Part shown: piece after piece, positions 12,145 through 22,855 of the stretch
How the letters are laid out: every line of letters begins with the position of its first letter
Numbering within the stretch: position 1 is the first letter of the stretch
Source of the DNA: Diplonema japonicum
Lineage: Eukaryota; Protista; Euglenozoa: Diplonemea
Reading direction: 5' to 3'
DNA length: 64,000 bases
Assembly: GCA_964019335.1 (NCBI GenBank)
Contig: OZ025716.1
Coordinates: 372,001-436,000 of the forward strand
Made by a program: the position numbers and the translations under genes
Notes under the pieces: model-generated
What the model was told of the DNA's origin: nothing
Databases searched by the model: none
What the model saw: the letters and a program-made list of their open reading frames with translations, nothing else

Positions 12145-12310
12145 GCTGGTGAGGATAGTTTCATTTAATTAAGGTGGTGGGGATAACATGAAAATATAAG
12201 AAAAACATCAGACAGTTCTTGTGCAGGGCGCCGCCAACACCGGCCTCCTTTAACTCATATATTTAATTAAAACTACTGATGGTGCTGGTGAGGATAGTTT
12301 CATTTAATTA
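12145..12310 (+). repeat. 27-bp direct repeat pair enclosing an 88-bp short element flanked by a 10-bp duplication
   Basis: gctggtgaggatagtttcatttaatta at 12145-12171 and 12284-12310. ATTTAATTAA at 12163-12172 and 12261-12270 flanks 12173-12260, which has a homologue at ~41064-41235. Confidence 0.65.
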
Positions 12311-13167
12311 TGACCACCGATGTAGGTGGGCTGCAAGCACAAGGTCTTCAATCATGTGTACACGTTCAGGAAACTCCATCCCATTTTTTTTTTTTTTTAA
12401 ACTCTGTTTTACAATCCCTGATCTTCGTGTTGTATAGGAAATCCCGATGATACTATTTTTTTCTTCTTTTCTTCTATTTTTTTATCCCCCCCTTCAATCA
12501 GCGCAATCGCCTCGAAAACTCTATTTTTGGCATTGGAAAAAAAAAAAAAAAAGAATTTTTCTTTTTTTCTCTCGCACTGTCAATCAAAGCTCATTGCCGT
12601 TGCTTAGCCACCTTATCCTGTTATTCTTTTGACTGAATGAATGAAATATGAAGGAAAAATATGAACTATTTTAGCGAACTTCTTTTTACCCCCCTTCTTC
12701 TTTTCTGGGCAATGCAGCAAAAAAAAAAAAAAAAAAAAAGAAAAAAAGTTGTTTTTATCCCGTCAGTCACGATATCGATGTACTCGATAAGTAACTTGTT
12801 TTTTTTTCTCTTTTGTTGTCCGCCCTCAACACTTTCCCCTCCCTTTTTCTTGTTTTGGTCCGTCCTTGTTTTTGGAGCTGAGTTCAATCTTTGTATACCC
12901 CAAGTGATATTCTTTATATATACTTTTTATTTCTTTTGCTGAAATACCCCGGTTGCTCGAACTTTTGTTCACTGCCCGCTCAATTTCTTTTGAGTTCCTG
13001 CCATACCTGCCTTTTTAAATGAGTGTAAACCTAACATCCCGGTGGAGAAGCATCTCTTCCTGACTTCTGCGGTCCTTGCAGGGTATAAAAGGTGATCATG
13101 AATTGTACTTCTTATAAGTGTGAGAACAACATTGTTGGGCTCATCTGCTGTTTCGACAGTCAACTGA

Positions 13168-13187
13168 CTCTTCTTTTTCTTTTCAGG
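13168..13187 (+). promoter_or_regulatory. Putative trans-splice acceptor (representative example)
   Basis: Polypyrimidine tract then CAG|G 13 nt before the ATG. Analogous YAG|G (AG ending at 3986, 18923, 22824, 26458, 31394, 37513, 45756, 58768, 59229, 63053) lies shortly upstream of other ATGs. Confidence 0.55.
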
Positions 13188-13199
13188 TTAAAGCAAAAC

Positions 13200-15926
13200 A
13201 TGGAAAAGGACAAAAGCATCAAAGCTCGCATAGAGCGCTTCTCAGCCGCGGTGCACAATGGAACAGAAAGGTTCTTCGAGAAGCTCAGCACCCTTGTGGT
13301 GAACCACCCGGGAGTGACCATCGCCATCTGCGTCGTCTTCGCCGCCATCATGGCACAGGGCGTGTGGCTCTACGATGAGGAACTCTCTCCTGATAAACAG
13401 TTCAGTCCCCGTGACAGCCAGGCCGTCAACGAAGAGACCTGGGTGGTCGACAGGTTCGGGAATGAGAACAGACCTGTGTACCTGCAAGTGGAGGCTGATG
13501 AAGGGACGAACATGCTGACGAAGGCCTCGCTGTTGTACATGCAAGAGATGCACGAGTGGCTCCTGTCACAGTCGCTCATCGTGGACGGGGAGAACGTGAC
13601 CTACAACGTGGTGTGCGCGAGGTACACTAAAGACGATGATTGCATGTTTCCTGTATCTGTTCTGTCCTACTGGCAGCACAACAGAACCCTCCTTGAGGCT
13701 GACCCGAACCCTCTTTCCACCATCAACTCTGTTGACTGGAGAGACATTGAACCTTCTGGTCCACCCCTCTCTTACTACCTTGGCAGTGATGCTGTTCGTG
13801 ATGCCAGTGGGGCGTTGGTGTCGACACGGGCCACGCGTATCATCCACACACTGAAGAATGTGAAAGAGGAGATTTCTGGTATTGGTGACGACGACCCGCA
13901 GAGCAGGTACTTCGAGATCCTGGTTGCTGAGAAGTCTGCTGACAGGCGCTCAGCTGACAGGCAGGCACACAAAGCAGCTCCTTTCATTGTGACAATTGCG
14001 CAAGAAGAAGAGGCAGGCAACGATGCTGTTAACTCTGATGTCAGCAACCTGATCATGGGCTACATGCTGATGATTGCCTATGCCTCCTTCATCCTGTCTC
14101 GTGGCCGTGTGAAGTACTCCCACTCACTGATTGGCTTAGCATCCGTTGTGTCCATTGGCCTGTCAACCTTCAGTGCCTACGGCCTCTGCTGGTACATCGG
14201 GATCAAGTTCAACAATGTCGTTCAGGTGCTGATCTTGGTGCTTCTCGGTGTTGGGATCGACGACACCTTTGTGATCATGGACTCCTGGTGGGACTGCTAT
14301 GAAATCCCCACAATGAAGGAGAGGATGATTGCGGCACTGAAGCACGCTGGTCCTGCCATCACGATCACCTCTGTGACTGACCTTATCGCCTTCCTTGCTG
14401 GATCCAGCACTTCCTTCCCCGCCCTTCGTGACTTCTGCTACTACGCCACAATTGGAATCACCTTCGATTTTGTATTCCAATGTACATTCGTGGTAGCCAT
14501 TGCATACCTTGACAGTGTGAGGCAGGATCGCGGTAGGTCAGATGTCCTGTGCTGTGTCTCTGTGGATGACGAGACAGGTGTGTGCGTGAAGACGGAAGGG
14601 TGGACTGAGGGGCAGAGGGGTTTCCAGAACCGTGTTGTTGGGACGTACATGCCACGCCTTGTGCTTGGGACTGTCGTGGGCAAGGTGGTGGTCATCCTCA
14701 TCTCTTGCCTCCTCTTCGGGCTTGGCATCTACGGGTGCACTCAGGTGAAGATGAACTACAACAACGAGTGGTTCATCCCCGACGGGCACGCCATCGAGGC
14801 AGCCATGAATGTGCGCAACACTTACTTCACTGGACAGACCCTCCCTACTAATGTGTACTTCGGTGAACTCAACTACCCTCAGGAGCAGGACACGGTGATG
14901 AATGCTGGGTCAGTCCTTCGTCGGAACAGGTGGGTGGTGGCGAACTCCACCTCATCATGGATGGAGGACTTCCAGCAGTGGGTGAGGGAAGAGCACGTGG
15001 CGGACTGGGACCAGTCGGCTGGGAGGATCGTCCCTTCTCAGTTCTACAGGCTTCTTCGTGTGTTCGCCTCGACGGCAACAGGGCCCCGCAGTGCTTGGCA
15101 GCACATCGACAACATCAGGTGGAGCAGCAATGGCAGTGACTCGCTGGTCGCCTCTCGTGTGAGCTTCCTCATCGTTGGTGATGCTCTCACCGACGGTGAG
15201 GATGCTGTGGACTGCATGGACAACCTTCGTGCTGAGCTGTCTGGACCTGAGTTCCCTTGGGCATGGCCATTTGTCTTTTTCGAGTCTTACAAGCTGATGG
15301 TTCCCGAGATCACAAGGAACGTGGCCATTGCAGGGTCGTGTGTGTTCGTGCTGGTCACCATCATGATTGCGAACGTACAGCTGGGCCTCCTCGTGACCCT
15401 TGCAATCGGGTGTGTGGACGTGTGCATGCTTGGTTTCATGCCTTTCATCGGTGTTGAGCTGAACGGTGTGTCTGTGATCTGCATTGTGCTTGCTGTCGGT
15501 CTGAGTGTGGACTACAGTGTCCACATTGCAGGGGCCTTCCTTCATGTGAAGTGTGAGGATGGCGATGAGCACAGTGGGAGGACACAGCGTGCGGCCTTCG
15601 CATTATGGAAGATGGGCCCTGCTGTGGTGAATGGGGGGACCTCTACATTCATCGCGATCCTTCCGGCCGCCTTCGCTGTCTCATATGTGTTTAAGGTGTT
15701 CTTCAGGATGTTTGCGTTGATCATCTTCTTCGGGCAGTGGTTCGGGGTGTTCTTGCTTCCGGTGGTGCTGTCGTTGGTGGGGCCTGACCCGTACCTCACA
15801 GCTCCGGAGCTGAATGAGAAGCCTCAGCAGAACCCTCTTCACCCTGAACATGATGCTCCTGTCCAACCACAGAAGCCAGACTGCTCCCCTACATCGGCAG
15901 TTGAAGTAGAAGTAGAAATGAATTAA
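13200..15926 (+). CDS. Patched/NPC1-like RND SSD protein, copy 3 (908 aa)
   Basis: Start placed at ATG 13200 (MEKDKSIKAR, as in copy 2), downstream of a pyrimidine tract and AG at 13185-13186. Same motifs. Confidence 0.93.
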   Translation: MEKDKSIKARIERFSAAVHNGTERFFEKLSTLVVNHPGVTIAICVVFAAIMAQGVWLYDEELSPDKQFSPRDSQAVNEETWVVDRFGNENRPVYLQVEADEGTNMLTKASLLYMQEMHEWLLSQSLIVDGENVTYNVVCARYTKDDDCMFPVSVLSYWQHNRTLLEADPNPLSTINSVDWRDIEPSGPPLSYYLGSDAVRDASGALVSTRATRIIHTLKNVKEEISGIGDDDPQSRYFEILVAEKSADRRSADRQAHKAAPFIVTIAQEEEAGNDAVNSDVSNLIMGYMLMIAYASFILSRGRVKYSHSLIGLASVVSIGLSTFSAYGLCWYIGIKFNNVVQVLILVLLGVGIDDTFVIMDSWWDCYEIPTMKERMIAALKHAGPAITITSVTDLIAFLAGSSTSFPALRDFCYYATIGITFDFVFQCTFVVAIAYLDSVRQDRGRSDVLCCVSVDDETGVCVKTEGWTEGQRGFQNRVVGTYMPRLVLGTVVGKVVVILISCLLFGLGIYGCTQVKMNYNNEWFIPDGHAIEAAMNVRNTYFTGQTLPTNVYFGELNYPQEQDTVMNAGSVLRRNRWVVANSTSSWMEDFQQWVREEHVADWDQSAGRIVPSQFYRLLRVFASTATGPRSAWQHIDNIRWSSNGSDSLVASRVSFLIVGDALTDGEDAVDCMDNLRAELSGPEFPWAWPFVFFESYKLMVPEITRNVAIAGSCVFVLVTIMIANVQLGLLVTLAIGCVDVCMLGFMPFIGVELNGVSVICIVLAVGLSVDYSVHIAGAFLHVKCEDGDEHSGRTQRAAFALWKMGPAVVNGGTSTFIAILPAAFAVSYVFKVFFRMFALIIFFGQWFGVFLLPVVLSLVGPDPYLTAPELNEKPQQNPLHPEHDAPVQPQKPDCSPTSAVEVEVEMN

Positions 15927-16488
15927 GCCTTCAGTTACTTTTCCCTTCGAAATGAATTCTTACCCCTAACCTTTCTCTTGGTTCGCGCAGTTTTGCGTGT
16001 TGCAAGAAGAAGCCATTCCCGTGAAAAGATGAGAAGAAACTTAAAGACACTTGTCCCTCTTAGCTTGTGTTCTTTTTCTTCTGTTCTCGCCTACCATCCT
16101 TCTATCCCGTTTCTTATTTGACCTTTGCTTTAGTGTTTCTTTTTTTAAAATTGTTTTTTGTATATTTTTTTTTTGATATCTTTACCTTGCAGGAAAACTG
16201 AGAACGGCGTAGTTATCAGCCCGGCTGGGAAGAAAAAAGAAGAACAAGAAATATTGTGCGTGTTTTCATTTTTCTCTTCTTTTTTTCCGCTTTTTTCCAG
16301 CCGTGTCGCATCCCTCAAAATAGTTGAAAAGCAAACGATGGGGGTTGGGAGTGAGATCGGTTGTTGTGTGGTGTGACAGTGTCCACACCCAAGAGGACTT
16401 CCGAGTTGTTTTTTCGTTTTCCCTTTTTTTTTTTTTAAATGAAGCGCCAACCTAAGTTTTCGACGTCAAATTTTACATAATATATTAT

Positions 16489-18060
16489 CCCCTAAAGGCC
16501 CGGAGCCTATCTACGGTACCCCCCCATTTTCGCTGTTGCTTTAAATACTCAAAAAAAGGGCAGCATGCAACCATAGGAAGGTGCAAGGAAAGGGTAAACG
16601 GTACTAAAACTTTCAATTCCAGGTGCCAGATTCAGATGGGAACACTTAACTATGTGTGTAAGAAGGGGGTTGAGGGGGTACTTTTTATGTCCGATTTTGG
16701 GGGGTTTTGTCGTGGGGGGTCCGTGGAGTTATGGCTGGGCTAAAAAAGGCAGCATTCAGCCCTATTTGGTGCCCTGAACTGAGGTCAGTCTGGAGACTTT
16801 TTGGGGCTGTGGGATGAAAAAAGCAACTTGTGAGTTTTTTTTCCAGCTGGGGTAGCATACAAGGGTAAAAAACACGTTTTGCATAAGGGGGTTTTGCAAC
16901 AGGGGCACCACGTTTGCACCTTCTTCCGCACCCAGGAACAGCACAGAGCACCCTCCTCACCTTCGTTCCGTTCATCATGGTCTCGGAGGTGTGATTTAGG
17001 GTCAAATCGAGACGTTTTGGGTATTTCTGGATGAGGGAATCCTCATTGCTAGCGTGTTTGCGCTTGGGGGTCGGTGACGGTGTTGTCGGGGGGTGTGTGC
17101 TATCGGTTTTTGGGGTATGGGTGAGAAGCTTGCCAACAAGTTCTTCTTTGAAGCTCGGGAAGCCATAATTTTTGCCACATTCCCTGCTCTTCTTCCAGAT
17201 TATGGAGGAGTTGGCAACACAGCTTTCCAGGACCCAATAAAAAACGACCATGGTCCACTTCCGGGTTTTCATATGCCGAACTCCAGTCCCCTGGAGCTGG
17301 TCTTGCCGGTCAGGGGTCGACAGCAAACCCTTAGGAGTCGACAGCACGCATGACTAGGTCCTGTGTTGTGGACTTCTTGCTGAAAATGTTGAAATTCACC
17401 AGGTAACCGTTTTATGAGTCGCATGTATGTCAACGAATCGGTTTGCTCATTTTCTTAAAAGCCGGGATGGTTAAATTAGAATTTGTTGTCCAGTAGCTCT
17501 TCATGTTCGGTGCCGAGCGTAAGCCCATTAACAGGACCAACCCAAGCCAAATTTTGTACTCTGGGATGGAAAGATTCAGATTCCGCTGTTTTTGTGAATC
17601 GAAACGACCGGTTCGTGGAAGAAACTATGAGCTCAAGTACCGCGTGTGCAAAAAAAAAAAAGATTAAAAACACCCTCCTCATTGGCCGCTTCACCTAGAG
17701 GTGTCCTAAGCCCACCTTTTCACGGAAATGATATGTTTTGGGCCTTTGGGAGTATTTCTCCCACCCAAGCATCGTTTCCGGCCCCTCTTTGACCGCCTCA
17801 TCGTCTTTTTTTTCTTTATCTGACCAGTCGGGGGAGACTCACGTTTTCGCTGCTATTTTGACCATCTGATTTCATTTTAAGCCAACCCTGCCGGTTTCAA
17901 TTAAAACGTAAATTTTAACGCAAAATATAGTTTCAAGATAAATAAACCGCGCAACAATGTCATATTTTGAAGTCCAAGGGCCGTGTTCAAAAAAAAGTAC
18001 TTAGCGAAAAAGCAAATTTTTTGAACTAAGGACAAAAATGTCCGCGCGGGCCTTTAGGGG
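16489..18060 (-). mobile_element. Defective, internally deleted piggyBac-type DNA transposon (1572 bp)
   Basis: Perfect 14-bp TIRs CCCCTAAAGGCCCG (16489-16502 and 18047-18060), with TTAT on both flanks (16485-16488, 18061-18064). Minus-strand transposase remnants: VFNLFF../VLELIVSSTN, DRQDQ, KTRKWTMVVFYWVLESCVANSSIIW, FKEELVGKLL and a Cys-rich tail (RRVLCAVPGC). Confidence 0.88.
16685..17700 (-). pseudogene. piggyBac transposase remnant (frameshifted, central region missing)
   Basis: N- and C-terminal DDE_Tnp_1_7-like motifs lie too close together for a full transposase; stops and frameshifts present. Confidence 0.75.
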
Positions 18061-18379
18061 TTATGATAAAAAGAAAAAGAAGAAAAAGAAAAAAGATAGA
18101 CTTGTCCCGGGCCATGCTTCCCCCCTCCTTCCCTTCGCTAGCTTCGTAACTTACCTCTACATATTTTTTTAAAGAGTGGTCCCAAGTAGGATTTGCCCTT
18201 AAACATCGCCTTTTACAAGAAAGAAGAGCAGGTGCACTATATATGTGCTTTCATTCTAGATTGTTCAGTTTGTCCGAGGAGGCACTTAGAACAAGGATGG
18301 AACACATGTAGCAGCTGCTTCCTTCATCTGGATTGAATTTCATCTTTAAAAAAAAAAAAAAAAACATTTTAAGAAAGCA

Positions 18380-18421
<42 letters not shown>

Positions 18422-18944
18422 AAAAAAAGTTTCTTTTTAAGAAAAAAAAGGTTCTCAAAGAGAGAATACAAAAAATGGAGCACGGTTTTACACTGACCCG
18501 TTTGTCTGTCTTTTCCCCCCTCTTTCTTTTTAGGGTTCAAAAGAATGCTTGTGCGCACAAAAATAAAAGTTTGCAAAAAGAAGGGGAATTGCCCTCTTCG
18601 TTCGGAAGTGAGTCTTGCCGTTGGGCTTTATTCGAAAATAAATCATGTTTTCTGCTTCTTTTTTTTTCTTTTCTTTTTTCCTTTCATTACAATGTGCACG
18701 GGCCAAAAATAACCTTTTTCTTTGTGCTTCAGTGTGATGTGACTCAACTAACTAAGTGCAAAGTAAAAGGCTTTGTTTTAGCCTTTTGCCAAAAACGATC
18801 CTTTTTTCTCCTGTTTTTCTTCTTTCTTCTCCTTTTGTTCTTTCTTTATTATTCTTTTCCCCCCCCTCCTTTTTCTTGGTTTTCTTTTTTTTCCCTTTCC
18901 TTTTAACTTGACTCTTCCCTTAGGTTTTAAGCCCTCTTAACAAG

Positions 18945-21683
18945 ATGACGTCGGAGAAGAAGGACAACAGCATCAAAGCTCGCATAGAGCACCTATCAGC
19001 CGCCTTGCACAATGGAACAGAAAGGTTCTTTGAGAAGCTTGGTGGTCTCGTAGTGAATTACCCGGGAGCGACCATCGGCCTGTGTTTGCTGTTTGTTGTG
19101 ATCATGGCACAGGGAGTGTGGCTCTATGAGGAGGAACTGGCAGCTGACAAACAGTTCACCCCACGTGACAGCCAGGCCGTCAACGAAGAGACATGGGTGG
19201 TCGACAGGTTCGGTCATGAGAACAGACCTGTGTACCTGCAAGTGGAGGCTGATGATGGAACGAACATGCTGACGAAGGCCTCACTGCTGTACATGCAAGA
19301 GATGCACGAGTGGCTCCTGTCACAGTCGCTCATCGTGGACGGGGAGAACGTGACCTACAACGTGGTGTGCGCGAGGTACACTAAAGACGATGATTGCAAG
19401 TCTCCTGTCTCTGTTCTGTCCTACTGGCAGCACAACAGAACCCTCCTTGAGGCTGACCCGAACCCTCTTTCCACCATCAACTCTGTGGACTGGAGGGACA
19501 TTGAACCCTCTGGATCTCCGCTCTCCTTCTATTTAGGAGGTGATGCTGTTCGTGATGCCAGTGGGGCGTTGGTGTCGACACGGGCCACGCGTATCATTTA
19601 CAACCTGAAGAACGAGAAGGAAGATATTTCTGGCGTTGGCAACGACGACCCGCAGAGCAGGTACTTCGAGATCCTGGTTGCTGAGAAGTCTGCTGACAGG
19701 CGTTCGGCTGACAGGCAGGCACACAAAGCAGCTTCTTTCATCCTCACAACTGCTGAAGAAGAAGAGGCAGGCAACGAGGCTGTGACTGCAGATGTCGGCA
19801 AGCTGATCATTGGGTACGTTTTGATGCTTTTCTACGCCTCCTTCATCCTGTCTCGTGGCCGTGCGAAGTACTCCCACTCTCTTCTTGGTGTGGTTTCAGT
19901 CGCTGCAGTCGGTGCAGCCACCTTCAGTGCCTACGGCTTCTGTTGGTACATCGGAGTGAAGTTCAACAGCGTTGTTCAGGTACTTGTCTTGGTGCTTCTC
20001 GGTGTTGGGATCGACGACACCTTTGTGATCATGGACTCCTGGTGGGACTGCTCCGAAATCCCCACAATGAAGGAGAGGATGATTGCGGCACTGAAGCACG
20101 CTGGTCCTGCAGTCACGATCACCTCTGTGACCGACCTCATCGCCTTCCTTGCCGGGTCCAGCACAGAGTTACCTGCTTTGCGTGACTTCTGCTACTACGC
20201 TACTTTCGGTATCCTTTTCGTCTTCTTTTTCCAATGTACATTCGTGGTAGCCTTTGCATACCTTGACAGTGTGAGGCAGGAGCGCGGTAGGTCAGATATC
20301 CTGTGCTGTGTCCCTGTGGATGACGAGACAGGTGTGTGCGTGAAGAAGGACGGGTCGTGGACTGAGGGGGAGAAAGGCATTCAGAACCGTATTGTTGGGA
20401 CGCACATGCCACGCCTTGTGCTTGGTACTCTTGTTGGCAAGGTGGTGGTCATCCTCATCTCTTGCCTCCTCTTCGGGCTTGGCATCTACGGGTGCACTAA
20501 GGTGAAGATGAACTTCAACCAGGAATGGTTCATCCCCGACGGCGATGCCATCGAAGACGCCATGGATGTGCGTGACACCTACTTCAACGGGCAGAGCCTC
20601 CCTGCCAATGTGTACTTCAGTGACATCAACTACCCTCAGGAGCAGGACACGGTGCTGAATGCTGGGTCAGTCCTTCGCAAGAACATTTGGGTCACTCAGA
20701 ACTCCACCTCATCATGGATGGAGGATTTCCAGCAGTGGGTGAGGGAAGAGCACGTGGCGGACTGGGACCAGTCGGCTGGGAGGATCGTCCCTTCTCAGTT
20801 CTACAGGCTTCTTCGTGTGTTCGCCTCGACGGCAACAGGGCCCCGCAGTGCTTGGCAGCACATCGACAACATCAGGTGGAGCAGCAACGGGAGTGACTCG
20901 CTGGTCGCCTCCCGTGTGGGCTTCCTCATCGTTGGGCAAGCAGCAGGTGACGGGCAGGATGCCATCGACTGCATGGACAACCTTCGTGCTGAGCTGTCTG
21001 GATCTGAGTTTCCTTGGGCCTTTATGTTCCTGTTCTGGGAGTCTTACAAGCTGATGGTCCCAGAGATCACACAGAATGTGGCCATTGCAGGGTCGTGTGT
21101 GTTCGTGCTGGTCTCGTTGATGATTGCGAACATTCAGCTGGGCCTCCTCGTGGCACTCATTATAGGTTTCGTGGACGTTTGCATGATAGGTTTCATGCCT
21201 TTCATCGGTGTTGAGCTGAACGGTGTGTCTGTGATCTGCATTGTGCTTGCTGTCGGTCTGAGTGTGGACTACAGTGTCCACATTGCAGGGGCATTCCTTC
21301 AAATGAAGTGTGAGGATGGCGAGGGGCACAGTTCGAGATCGCAGCGTGCCGCTTACGCTTTGTGGAAGATGGGCCCTGCTGTGGTGAATGGGGGGACCTC
21401 CACCTTCATTGCAGTCCTTCCAGCCGCGATGGCGGTCTCATATGTGTTCCAGGTGTTCTTCAGGATGTTTGTGTTGATCATCTTCTTCGGGCAGTGGTTC
21501 GGGGTGTTCTTGCTTCCGGTGGTGCTGTCATTTGTGGGGCCTGACGCGTACCTCACCGCTCCGGAGCTGAAGCCGCGTGAAAACCCCCTTCACCCTGAAC
21601 ATGATGATCCGGTGGCTACTACAACGAAGGGCACGACACCTGTTGATGTTGAAATGGCTGAGGTTAGCGAAGCACATCCCTGA
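18945..21683 (+). CDS. Patched/NPC1-like RND SSD protein, copy 4 (912 aa)
   Basis: Same motifs; carries more private substitutions in TM1, TM3, TM8-9 and the C-terminal region than its neighbours. Confidence 0.93.
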   Translation: MTSEKKDNSIKARIEHLSAALHNGTERFFEKLGGLVVNYPGATIGLCLLFVVIMAQGVWLYEEELAADKQFTPRDSQAVNEETWVVDRFGHENRPVYLQVEADDGTNMLTKASLLYMQEMHEWLLSQSLIVDGENVTYNVVCARYTKDDDCKSPVSVLSYWQHNRTLLEADPNPLSTINSVDWRDIEPSGSPLSFYLGGDAVRDASGALVSTRATRIIYNLKNEKEDISGVGNDDPQSRYFEILVAEKSADRRSADRQAHKAASFILTTAEEEEAGNEAVTADVGKLIIGYVLMLFYASFILSRGRAKYSHSLLGVVSVAAVGAATFSAYGFCWYIGVKFNSVVQVLVLVLLGVGIDDTFVIMDSWWDCSEIPTMKERMIAALKHAGPAVTITSVTDLIAFLAGSSTELPALRDFCYYATFGILFVFFFQCTFVVAFAYLDSVRQERGRSDILCCVPVDDETGVCVKKDGSWTEGEKGIQNRIVGTHMPRLVLGTLVGKVVVILISCLLFGLGIYGCTKVKMNFNQEWFIPDGDAIEDAMDVRDTYFNGQSLPANVYFSDINYPQEQDTVLNAGSVLRKNIWVTQNSTSSWMEDFQQWVREEHVADWDQSAGRIVPSQFYRLLRVFASTATGPRSAWQHIDNIRWSSNGSDSLVASRVGFLIVGQAAGDGQDAIDCMDNLRAELSGSEFPWAFMFLFWESYKLMVPEITQNVAIAGSCVFVLVSLMIANIQLGLLVALIIGFVDVCMIGFMPFIGVELNGVSVICIVLAVGLSVDYSVHIAGAFLQMKCEDGEGHSSRSQRAAYALWKMGPAVVNGGTSTFIAVLPAAMAVSYVFQVFFRMFVLIIFFGQWFGVFLLPVVLSFVGPDAYLTAPELKPRENPLHPEHDDPVATTTKGTTPVDVEMAEVSEAHP

Positions 21684-22855
21684 TCGTTTATTCTCTCTAA
21701 GATCTCTTGTCAGAAGTATGAAGAAAGCACCATGGCCCGGAAAGTACAACAAGGTAAAAAAGAAATTAAAAAAGAGGAAAAAGAAGATGAATTCTCGTTG
21801 CCTTCTTTTTTTTTTTTTTTTTTTGATCTTCCCCCTGCCCCCTCCCTTGATAAGACAACACATTCATGTGCAAACTGCAGGCGGGAGAAATGGTGAGGAA
21901 AACACCCCTTCTGACTGCATATGCCGCTTGTTACAACAGCCTGCCTGACCTCCTGGGGCTGTTGCTCACCAATGCAAGCGTGTTAATTAAGTTAACAATG
22001 TATTGCTTCTCTTATCCACCCCCCCCCCCCCCCTTCCCCGTTTTAACTTCCTTAATCTTACTCTTCCTTTTCTTTTTTTGTATTTTTTTTTTTAAATCCC
22101 TTATTTGCGTAGCGTCCTCCAAACACAAGATGCGAGAAAAAAGAAAAAGAAGAAAGAAAAAAAAAAGAAGACAACGAACAAAAGAACAGAGATTTTTAGC
22201 CCTGCGGTATGCTGTCACTTATGGCCGGTTAGGTGAGGTTTTTGTCATTGTCTCATTTTCATCCCCTCCCACGGGGCAGCCCTCTAGCGGGGGGCTTGTC
22301 CTTGTACTTTGAGTTTCATCTAGCATGGGTTTAAGAAAACGGTTTTTCTTCTTTTTTTCTTTTCCGTTGCACACTTAACGCCAGTGTTGCAATGCAAAGC
22401 TCCATTTTTCTTTTTCTTCTTTTCTTTTTTATAATTTTCTTTTTAATGAACAGAAACTCTTGTCACAAGTAGTTATCAAAAGATCAAGAAGGCTGCGTTT
22501 GTGTGTTGCTAGAAAATGTCTTTACTAGGAAAAAGATTTGCAACCATTTGCGCACAAAAATACGGTATAACTAACCTATTCTTTTTTTTTTGTTCCCTTT
22601 CTTTATTTTAGGTTTTTTTATTTTACAAAACTGTCCATAAATAAAAGATGAGGAAGAAAAAAAAGCTTTTTCTTTTTCTTCTTTTTTTATTTTTTGAACC
22701 TATGAGCACTCCTCTCTGTTTTCTTTTCCAATGCTTGGATGCCTCCCCTTGTCACCCCATTCGGGTACTTTGCACTTGTATTTTACTTATTTTCTCCCGT
22801 GTTTTAACAACCAACGGCATTCAGGTAAAAAGACGCAACAAGAAGCACTGACACA

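Noticed and set aside
12145-12310. CRISPR-like repeat-spacer-repeat
   Set aside because: Only two repeats, ~112-bp spacer, eukaryotic context, no cas genes.
13092-13199. ORF-track N-terminal extensions (also 31380, 37379, 43678, 58763, 59233)
   Set aside because: They mostly use non-ATG starts or run through pyrimidine tracts and putative acceptors; paralogue alignment and signal peptides favour the downstream ATGs.
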